A DNA stretch of 64,000 nucleotides from Patescibacteria group bacterium (lineage in GTDB: Bacteria; Patescibacteriota; Microgenomatia; Curtissbacterales; GWA2-41-24): NCBI GenBank assembly GCA_038063735.1, contig JBBTUN010000001.1, forward strand, positions 9,751-73,750. The letters are read 5' to 3'. The notes under the pieces are model-generated. The model made no database searches, was not told the DNA's origin, and saw nothing but the letters and a program-made list of their open reading frames with translations. Below, piece after piece: positions 19,291 to 26,348 of this stretch. Made by a program: the position numbers and the translations under genes. The stretch's first letter is position 1. Every line of letters starts with the position of its first letter.

Positions 19291-19881
19291 GTGAATTCAC
19301 GCAATTTCTTACTGTCCGTTGTTGCGGCAATATTAACAGCATTTTTTTTGCCTCCTACTTTGCAGGCTAAAGGCGTTGACATTCTTTCTAAATACCCTAC
19401 TTATTATATATATGTTGGTTATACAGCCCTTGCGGTGGTTGGGATGGTTGTTATGTACTATATCGGCAAGAAGTTGGCTATTTTGTGGCAGCTTTCTAAA
19501 TTCGGCTTGGTGGGAGTTTTAAATACGGCTATTGACTTCGGAATTTTAAATTATTTATCAACTTATACAGGGGTAACCGGAGGTTTGCAGCTTATTCCGA
19601 TTAAAGCCGTGTCGTTTTCGGTTGCTCTTGCCAATAGTTATTGGTGGAATAAAAATTGGGTGTTTGAGGGAAAGAAAAAGGCTAACCCATTAACGTTCGT
19701 GGTAGTCTCTACTATTGGGATTTCGGTGAACGTTGGTACTGTTTATATTTTAACAACTCTTATTCCCGCGCCGGCTGGTGTGTCTGCTAAGCTTTGGTTG
19801 AATATTGCTAACATCGGAGCCACATTTTTATCGCTTGTTTGGAACTTTTTGGGTTACAGGCTTGTTGTGTTTAAGAAATAA
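19291..19881 (+). CDS. GtrA family membrane protein
   Basis: KFGLVGVLNTAIDFG, NSYWWNKNWVF, WNFLGYRLVVFK. Confidence 0.88.
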   Translation: MNSRNFLLSVVAAILTAFFLPPTLQAKGVDILSKYPTYYIYVGYTALAVVGMVVMYYIGKKLAILWQLSKFGLVGVLNTAIDFGILNYLSTYTGVTGGLQLIPIKAVSFSVALANSYWWNKNWVFEGKKKANPLTFVVVSTIGISVNVGTVYILTTLIPAPAGVSAKLWLNIANIGATFLSLVWNFLGYRLVVFKK

Positions 19882-19889
19882 GTTCTGAT

Positions 19890-19915
19890 GTCATCCTGAA
19901 CTTGATTCAGGATCT
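19890..19915. repeat. REP-like palindrome between convergent genes
   Basis: gtc-atcctgaa-cttga-ttcaggat-ct, perfect 8-bp stem. Confidence 0.6.
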
Positions 19916-19926
19916 AGGTATTTTTT

Positions 19927-20472
19927 TCATTTTGATAGATACAGTGAAAGTTTCTTTAATGCTTTTGCGCGGTGGGAAATTTTGTTTTTAAGTATTGGAT
20001 CTAGTTGGGCATAAGTTTTGTTGTATCCTGTTGGAATAAAAATTCTGTCAAAACCAAAACCGCTTTCTCCCTTGTTGGTTTTGGATAGAGTACCTTTTAC
20101 TACGCCTTTAAAGATTTTTAATTTTTGCCCGTCGTAAGCGCCAATGGCTGCAGTTACCGTTGTGTCTGATGAGTTTTTGCCGATTAGTTTTACTGTGCCT
20201 TCGGTGCCGATTTTCATCAGAAAAAATTTTATGAAAGTTCCCGGCAAGCCATTGAGTGCTTTTATTTCAAAGCTGATATCCTCAACAACCACGGGTTTTT
20301 TGACAATTTCGTAGGCTGCTTTTGCTTTTGCCTTAATTACTTTGTCTATATCTAGTGATTGGATTTCGTCAAGATCTAGTTCTTTAATTTTGATGTCAGG
20401 ACCTAAGATTTGTCTAATTTCCAAAGCTTTATTTTTATTGGAGGTGATGAAAGTAAAGTATTTAAGATTCAT
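19927..20472 (-). CDS. rdgB: Ham1/RdgB non-canonical purine NTP pyrophosphatase
   Basis: ITSNKNK, EIQS, ALNGLPG, GFGFDRIF, KNKISHR. Confidence 0.92.
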   Translation of the reverse strand: MNLKYFTFITSNKNKALEIRQILGPDIKIKELDLDEIQSLDIDKVIKAKAKAAYEIVKKPVVVEDISFEIKALNGLPGTFIKFFLMKIGTEGTVKLIGKNSSDTTVTAAIGAYDGQKLKIFKGVVKGTLSKTNKGESGFGFDRIFIPTGYNKTYAQLDPILKNKISHRAKALKKLSLYLSK

Positions 20473-21497
20473 GATTTTAAATAATAACTGTTTTTCAAGC
20501 TTTGTTGCAATTTAAAACTTTTTGCATGAGAAAAATAACCAAGATATGACTGTAGCGACTGATTCTCAATATACCTTTCTGCAACTTTCTTAAGAATTCT
20601 TCTTTTAGTTTTTGTCCTTGGCAAAGTATGATGAGGCAGGACAATATAGCCGCAAAAGTCGATTCCCCATTTTAACTTTCTCAAAGAGATTTTGTTCGGA
20701 TGAAGCTCCAGTTTTAACTGATCCTTTAAAAAATCGACAATTGAAACCAAATAACTATTTAGTTTTCCAACATCCGTATTAATAATAGTAAAGTCATCAG
20801 CGTAGCGCAGGTAATATTTGATTTTCAGATCGCGTTTGATAAACTGATCAAGTTCGTTCAAATAGATATTGGCAAAAATTTGGCTTGTTAAATTGCCAAG
20901 AGGAATACCTTTTCCAGAGCCTGCTTCTGAATGAAAACTATCTATAACTTCATCAATAAGGTTACTAATATTCTGGTCTTTTACTTTTTTGTACAGCAGG
21001 TTTTTTAAAATGTTATGGTCGATGGAATCGAAAAACTTTTTAATGTCTAGCTTCAAAGCCCAACATTCTCTTGTGTAATTATGGCTAACAATTCTTGCAA
21101 ACGTCTCCAGGCGCCTGACTGCTTTATGCGTCCCTTTTCCAGTTCTGCAAGAGTAAGAATCGCAGATGAACGTTTTATCATATATCTGGTAAAGATGTTT
21201 ATACAATAAATGGTGAAGAACCCTATCTGTCGCATTCGATTTATGGATATGCCTTCTTTTAGGGTCATTTACATAAAAATCTTTGTACGTGCCGTGTCTG
21301 TAAGTTTTATTTTTTAACCTATGGTGCAGGTCAAAAATATTATCTTCAAGATGAAGTTCGAGAATTTGTATATCATGCTTGCCATGTTTTCCCTTTTTAA
21401 ATTCTTCCCATGCTTGAAAAAGGTTTTCAATTGATATTAAACTGGAGTAAGTCATAACTTTTGAATTTTGCGTTTTGACATTTGAACTACTAAACAT
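20469..21497 (-). CDS. DGR reverse transcriptase
   Basis: GIPLGNLTSQ (DGR-type GxxxSQ), RYADD, LDIKKFFDSIDH, DPKRRHI, GIDFCGY. The true start may be ATG 21455 (MTYSSLISIENL). Confidence 0.95.
   Translation of the reverse strand: MFSSSNVKTQNSKVMTYSSLISIENLFQAWEEFKKGKHGKHDIQILELHLEDNIFDLHHRLKNKTYRHGTYKDFYVNDPKRRHIHKSNATDRVLHHLLYKHLYQIYDKTFICDSYSCRTGKGTHKAVRRLETFARIVSHNYTRECWALKLDIKKFFDSIDHNILKNLLYKKVKDQNISNLIDEVIDSFHSEAGSGKGIPLGNLTSQIFANIYLNELDQFIKRDLKIKYYLRYADDFTIINTDVGKLNSYLVSIVDFLKDQLKLELHPNKISLRKLKWGIDFCGYIVLPHHTLPRTKTKRRILKKVAERYIENQSLQSYLGYFSHAKSFKLQQSLKNSYYLKS
21459..21486. repeat. Degenerate 7-mer tandem repeat x4
   Basis: ttttgaa ttttgcg ttttgac atttgaa. Confidence 0.6.
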
Positions 21498-21859
21498 GCC
21501 CCCCCCCCACGGACTTTGCGCCTGATATCCCCATATTTTCCAAACTTTACGACTTTTACAAAAATCTAAGTGGGGAAATTGAAAAATTCCCCAAGACTAA
21601 ACGTTATGGTCTGGGAGCAAAGCTTGATCAGATCGCGCTTGAGCTAATTGAGCTTATCGTGCGGGCAAGCTACTTGCAGCGCGAGCAGAAATTGCCTGTT
21701 CTGGAAAAATCTGTTATATCTGCCGATATTCTTAAGATACTATTAAGACTTGCTAAAGATACCAAAGCGATTGACAATAAAAAATACTTACAGCTAGAAA
21801 GTAATCTTCAGGAAATCGGCCGCATGATTGGCGGCTGGAAACGCTCAATAACAAAGTAA
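21496..21859 (+). pseudogene. avd: Avd (accessory variability determinant, four-helix bundle), out of frame at a C10 tract
   Basis: ATG 21496 is followed by 10 C. Removing one C gives 120 aa: MPPPTDFAPDIPIFSKLYDFY...FPKTKRYGLG...LLRLAKD...EIGRMIGGWKRS. Confidence 0.85.
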
Positions 21860-21861
21860 AG

Positions 21862-21902
21862 TTAAGGGAGATACTACAAACAGATCGCAATACCTCCCTT
21901 AA
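21862..21902 (-). other. Strand-specific RNA hairpin 3' of the TR
   Basis: Minus strand ttaagggaggtattgc-gatctgttt-gtagtatctcccttaa: 16 bp including 3 G-U pairs. Confidence 0.75.
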
Positions 21903-21917
21903 AATACAATTGCAAAA

Positions 21918-22038
21918 TACTCCCGAGGAACGTCCACCAAGATTCGAATTGTGATTGTCAGCGTTCAGATTCGAATTGACGTTCAAGTTGCCGTCACTGT
22001 TGAAGTTCGCATTGATCATGCGACCGTCGTTACGGGAA
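21918..22038 (-). repeat. DGR template repeat (TR)
   Basis: 121 bp; in the target frame it reads SRNDGRMINANFNSDGNLNVNSNLNADNHNSNLGGRSSGV (12 AAY codons). Confidence 0.96.
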
Positions 22039-22303
22039 CCGACCACTAAATTTGCTTTGTGCCATCAGTAGTCACTGCGCCTTCACTTAGATTAGCCAAG
22101 TGTTACCGCTGTATTTTATTTGGAAGCAGCCCTTTGAGTGAACGAAGAACATCTTCACAAGCACAAAACAAGGAGTTTCTTGCTTCTCTATTGCAACGCT
22201 CTAAGCATCCGTGAATGCTTAGATTCTGGCAACTATTTTGAAAATCAAGGATTTTGGTGACCTAAAACCGTAGTTTCAGATGCATTAACCTAATCTCGGA
22301 GTT

Positions 22304-22332
22304 AGTATAAAAGAGAACTTATTTTCTCACAA
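22304..22332 (-). promoter_or_regulatory. Candidate promoter for the TR RNA
   Basis: Minus strand TTGTGA-N17-TATACT. Confidence 0.55.
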
Positions 22333-22401
22333 GCTCGAAAATTAAAAAAAATTCGAAAAGAACAAAGTTTAAAGAATAAAAAAGTATAAAGGGTCAAAGG
22401 C

Positions 22402-23163
22402 TTAAGCTTTCTTTACTCCCGAGGAACGCCCACCAAGAAGCGAATGGTGATTGTCAGCGCGCAGACCCGAAGCGACGCGCAAGCTGCCGTCACCGCCGAA
22501 GCCCGCAACGACCATGCGACCGCCGCCACGGGAAGCAAGTCGAACCCATGTGCTTACTTCATCTAAATATTTTCCTGTAAATAGCTTACTGTCCTGGCCA
22601 GCAACAATGTATTGGTTAAGATTAAGTATTGTTCTGCCGTCCTTTTTTATTCTTTCCATGAGCTCCTTTTCTTTAGTGTCAAGGTAAGGTGCGTCAATTG
22701 CAGCTTCGTAATCAAAATAGCCCGATGGGTTTTCGTCATTAGTTACAGAATTGCCTTCTTGGACACTGTGACTTTGCATTTTTGGAAACATTTCGCCCAA
22801 AAGATGACGAGTTTCTTGAGTTGCTACTGCTTGTGGAAGAACACCAACTCTGATATTTCTCTTCTCACGTTCTTTCAATTCTTTTTCACTGAGAGGACAC
22901 TGAGCAATATCGAAAGTTACACCAATAAGTTTGCCTCGAGCTTCCCAAATTCGACCAAATGTGTTGGTAACTGCATCTGGAGTATCTAGTTTAAATTCCG
23001 TGACCCCTTCCGCTTTGGGTACAGAAGTTCTTTGGCCATTGTCAAAATGTTCAGGTGCGCCAAGTTGTCTTGCAAGCTGCGCGTTTGCATTAAGGAAGGC
23101 ACGGAGGTGCTTAAATTGATCTCCTTTGAATTCTCCGGCTAATTTTTCTATGTCTGCTGACAT
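22402..23163 (-). CDS. DGR target (variable) protein, probable C-terminal CLec-type fold
   Basis: 253 aa, VR at the extreme C-terminus ending LGGRSSGVKKA; no signal peptide or TM helix. Confidence 0.9.
   Translation of the reverse strand: MSADIEKLAGEFKGDQFKHLRAFLNANAQLARQLGAPEHFDNGQRTSVPKAEGVTEFKLDTPDAVTNTFGRIWEARGKLIGVTFDIAQCPLSEKELKEREKRNIRVGVLPQAVATQETRHLLGEMFPKMQSHSVQEGNSVTNDENPSGYFDYEAAIDAPYLDTKEKELMERIKKDGRTILNLNQYIVAGQDSKLFTGKYLDEVSTWVRLASRGGGRMVVAGFGGDGSLRVASGLRADNHHSLLGGRSSGVKKA
22414..22534 (-). repeat. DGR variable repeat (VR)
   Basis: Ungapped match to TR; all 24 mismatches are at TR adenines on the minus strand. Confidence 0.96.
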
Positions 23164-23174
23164 GATAAGAGCGA

Positions 23175-23203
23175 ATTATACAGTGCTATAGGTCTTTTGT
23201 CAA
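23175..23203 (-). promoter_or_regulatory. Consensus sigma70 promoter of the DGR target gene
   Basis: Minus strand TTGACA-N17-TATAAT, 11 nt before the ATG. Confidence 0.85.
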
Positions 23204-23219
23204 GCATGAAATGCGCTTT

Positions 23220-24761
23220 TTACTCATACTCAATAGTTGCCGGAGGTTTTTGGGTGATGTCGTAAAGGACGCGATTGACGCCACGTACTTCGTTGACAAT
23301 CCGACTTGATACTTTTTCCAAAAAAGCGGGTGGGAATTTGGTCCAATCTGCTGTCATAAAGTCGGTAGTGTCGACCGACCTGAGACTGACAATGTACGAA
23401 TAAGTACGCGCGTCGCCCATGACGCCGACAGACTTTATGGGAAGAAGTGCAGCAAAGGCTTGGCCGACTTTATTATATAAACCGCTTGATTTCAGTTCGG
23501 AAATAAAGATATCGTCAACTTCGCGAAGAATTGCCAAGCGTTCTTCCGTCACCTCTCCAAGTATTCTTATGGCAAGTGCCGGCCCGGGGAAAGGGTGTCT
23601 TTGGATAAACTTCTGAGGGATTTTCAAAAGTAAACCGATTTTCCTGACTTCATCTTTATAAAGGTCTGCGAGCGGTTCGATAAGTTTTAATTTTAGAGAA
23701 TCTGGTAAGGTTACGTTGTGGTGACTTTTTATTTTATCCGCGTGCTTATTAGGCTGAGCAGATTCGATGCGGTCTGGATAAATTGTTCCTTGTCCTAAAA
23801 ACTTGACCTGCCTGCCGGCAGGCGAGGCGTCCTTGATTTTTTCGGCCTCATTTTCAAAAACTTTAAAATATTCCCGAGCAATTACTTTTCTCTTTTCTTC
23901 CGGGTCTACGATGTCGCTTAATGCTTTTAGAAATATTTTTGAGGCGTTTATCGTGGTGAAGTTTTTAAAGCCACCGCAATTAATTATTTTTTTAACTTCT
24001 TCAACTTCATTTTTGCGCATCAAGCCAGTGTCGATAAAAATCAGATGGAGATTGTTGGGTGCGGCAATTTTGATTAAAGTTGCTGCAACAAGCGAGTCAA
24101 CTCCACCGGAAACGGCCATAATTGAATTTTGGCGGCCGACTTTTTGTCGAATTTCTTTAATTATCGAGTCTTTAACTTGTCCAAGATCCCAATCCTTTTT
24201 TACTTTTGAGATATCAAAGAGGAAGTTCTTTAAAACTGTTGTGCCTTTTTGGGTATGGGTAACCTCCGGATGAAATTGAATTCCAAAGATTTTTCTTGAC
24301 AGGTTTTGCTGGCCTGCGAGTTTAGCTGACTTTGTGGAGGCAATACACTCAAAACCTGCAGGAAGTGTGTTGACCTGGTCTCCATGGGAAAACCAAACTA
24401 TTTCTTTTTTCGATAATCCTTTAAAAAGCGGTGACTTGCCTATTTCCAGACTTTCTTTTCCAAATTGTTTTGTTTTTCCGGGAGATACTTTCCCGTTTAG
24501 TTGATGGGCAATTAGCTGGTGGCCATAGCAAATGCCTAAAATCGGGATGTTAAGACCGTAGATTTTTGTATCTGGATGCGGGGCATTTTTTTCATAGACG
24601 GAAAATGGGCTTCCGGAAAAAATTATAGCTGTGGGAGAGAGCTTTTTGAGATCTTCTATCTTAATTTCAGGGTTTACCAGTTCGCTTTTTACCCCGAGTT
24701 CCCTTACGCGTCTTGCAATAAGATGTGCGTATTGTCCACCAAAGTTAATTACCGCAACCAT
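23220..24761 (-). CDS. guaA: GMP synthase (glutamine-hydrolysing)
   Basis: LGICYG, QFHPEV, SGGVDS, QGTIYPD, HPFPGP, KPPATIEYE. Confidence 0.97.
   Translation of the reverse strand: MVAVINFGGQYAHLIARRVRELGVKSELVNPEIKIEDLKKLSPTAIIFSGSPFSVYEKNAPHPDTKIYGLNIPILGICYGHQLIAHQLNGKVSPGKTKQFGKESLEIGKSPLFKGLSKKEIVWFSHGDQVNTLPAGFECIASTKSAKLAGQQNLSRKIFGIQFHPEVTHTQKGTTVLKNFLFDISKVKKDWDLGQVKDSIIKEIRQKVGRQNSIMAVSGGVDSLVAATLIKIAAPNNLHLIFIDTGLMRKNEVEEVKKIINCGGFKNFTTINASKIFLKALSDIVDPEEKRKVIAREYFKVFENEAEKIKDASPAGRQVKFLGQGTIYPDRIESAQPNKHADKIKSHHNVTLPDSLKLKLIEPLADLYKDEVRKIGLLLKIPQKFIQRHPFPGPALAIRILGEVTEERLAILREVDDIFISELKSSGLYNKVGQAFAALLPIKSVGVMGDARTYSYIVSLRSVDTTDFMTADWTKFPPAFLEKVSSRIVNEVRGVNRVLYDITQKPPATIEYE
23807..23827. 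repeat. 21-bp palindromic in-frame insert in guaA
   Basis: cct-gcctgccggcaggc-gagg; central 14 bp is a perfect palindrome; adds ASPAGRQ. Confidence 0.75.
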
Positions 24762-24791
24762 AGATGATTATATCAAAATTTCCACCCCGGA

Positions 24792-25763
24792 TCAGAGAAG
24801 TTTTTCTAGACTTTCTTTGATTCTTTCTGTGGGAGTTTTGGCGAGATCTATGTCGAAGCTAGTTTTAGTTAATTTTTCAAAAACTTCCATGTAGCGGGTG
24901 GCAATTTTTACTATTAAATCATTGGGCATTAGGGGTGGTTTACCGCGACCGGAATAACCCTCTTTGGCAAACCAAAGCCGCATGAATTCCTTGTCGTAGT
25001 TTTCCGGTTCTTCTCCGGCTTTAACTTTCTGTTTGTATGTTTTTGCAACCCAAAGTCGGCTTGAATCCGGAGTATGGACTTCATCTATCAAAATAAGCTT
25101 TCCTTTTTTATCAAGACCAAATTCATATTTAGTATCGGCAAGAATAAGGCCTGCTTTGGCATAAAGAGCTGTGCCTCTGTTAAAAATCTTGAGCGCCGCA
25201 TCTTCCACTTGTTTCCAAACTTTTTGGCTGACCAATCCTTTTTGGACAATTTCTTTTGCAGTAATCGGTTCATCGTGGCCACCCTTTCCGGTCGCCCTGG
25301 TAGTTGGTGTGATTACGGGTTTTACCAGTTTTTGATTTTTGGAAAGGCCATCCGGAAATCTGATGCCGTAGATCACTCTACTGCCTGCCTGGTAATTTTT
25401 CCAAAGCGAAGTGTCGGTAACGCCGGTAATATACGCACGGACAACTACTTCAACCGGCAGGGCTTGTACTTCGGAAACCAGCATAATATTGGGGTCGATG
25501 ACGCCAATCATGTGGTTTTGGATAATATCCCTAGTATTTTGAAACCAAAATTCGGAAATTTTATTTAAAACAGCGCCACGAAAAGGAATAAGACCAAGGA
25601 CCCTATCAAAAGCCGAAATTCGGTCAGTTGCAACCAAAACTCTGATGCTATTTAGAGAGTACCAGTCCCGGACTTTACCGCTTTGTCTTTTACCGAGGCC
25701 TTTGACTTCTGTGTTTTTGAGGGCAAGCGGTATCCATTTTTCGATTGTTTTAGTAGGAATCAC
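24792..25763 (-). CDS. purC: SAICAR synthetase
   Basis: GKVRD, TDRISAFD, ADTKYEFG, DEVHTPDSSR. Confidence 0.96.
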   Translation of the reverse strand: MIPTKTIEKWIPLALKNTEVKGLGKRQSGKVRDWYSLNSIRVLVATDRISAFDRVLGLIPFRGAVLNKISEFWFQNTRDIIQNHMIGVIDPNIMLVSEVQALPVEVVVRAYITGVTDTSLWKNYQAGSRVIYGIRFPDGLSKNQKLVKPVITPTTRATGKGGHDEPITAKEIVQKGLVSQKVWKQVEDAALKIFNRGTALYAKAGLILADTKYEFGLDKKGKLILIDEVHTPDSSRLWVAKTYKQKVKAGEEPENYDKEFMRLWFAKEGYSGRGKPPLMPNDLIVKIATRYMEVFEKLTKTSFDIDLAKTPTERIKESLEKLL

Positions 25764-26281
25764 TTCTTTTGGTTTTGATATTTTTTATAACCTTCTGTTT
25801 TCAGCTTTTGGGATTTTTCCCACACACTTTTTACCATATTTTTTTTGTATTCTTCAAGTTTTTGCGAGATACCGGGGTTGGAAAGCGCTAAAATTTGCGC
25901 GGCTAAGATGGCAGCATTTTGGGCTCCATTTATACCAACTGTTGCAACAGGAACACCTGGAGGCATTTGAACCATGGAAAGCAAAGAGTCCAATCCTTCT
26001 AAGGATTTTGATTTTATGGGTACACCGATTACGGGCAAGGTTGTAAGAGAAGCAATGGACCCCGGGAGAGCTGCAGCCCCGCCAGCAGCTGCGATTATAA
26101 CTTTTACACCAATGCTCTTGGCTTTTTGGGCAAAGTCTGCAGTTTCTTTTGGTGACCTGTGGGTTGAGAGAATGTCTAGTTCATATGGAATTTGCAACTT
26201 CTCCAGAAATTCGGCAGCATCGGCCATAACTTCCAAATCGGAATCAGATCCCATTATTATGGCTACTTCGGCTTTTTTCAT
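25760..26281 (-). CDS. purE: N5-CAIR mutase
   Basis: IMGSDSD, STHRSP, PVIGVP, VQMPPGVPVATV. Confidence 0.95.
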   Translation of the reverse strand: MKKAEVAIIMGSDSDLEVMADAAEFLEKLQIPYELDILSTHRSPKETADFAQKAKSIGVKVIIAAAGGAAALPGSIASLTTLPVIGVPIKSKSLEGLDSLLSMVQMPPGVPVATVGINGAQNAAILAAQILALSNPGISQKLEEYKKNMVKSVWEKSQKLKTEGYKKYQNQKK

Positions 26282-26348
26282 TTTAAAATATTGATCGATA
26301 TTCTATCTTTTTTTAGTAAAAGTACCAAGAGGTAAGTTGTATTACATT

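Larger units (their letters stand above)
20469..23203. mobile_element. Diversity-generating retroelement (target/VR, TR, avd, RT)
   Basis: DGR-type RT, Avd-like gene, and a 121-bp repeat pair with adenine-only mismatches. Confidence 0.96.

Noticed and set aside
20469-21497. RT as a group II intron, retron or CRISPR-associated RT
   Set aside because: It has the DGR-type GNLTSQ motif, no maturase, endonuclease or Cas1 domain, and an adjacent TR/VR pair and avd.
21753-22046. 97-aa Asn-rich ORF on the minus strand
   Set aside because: It is the TR read in the target frame and runs antisense into avd; nothing suggests it is a protein.
22330-22413. BPP-1-style GC-rich hairpin just downstream of VR
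   Set aside because: Only an A-rich tract and a short gcttaagc palindrome at the stop codon are present; I cannot support a cruciform here.
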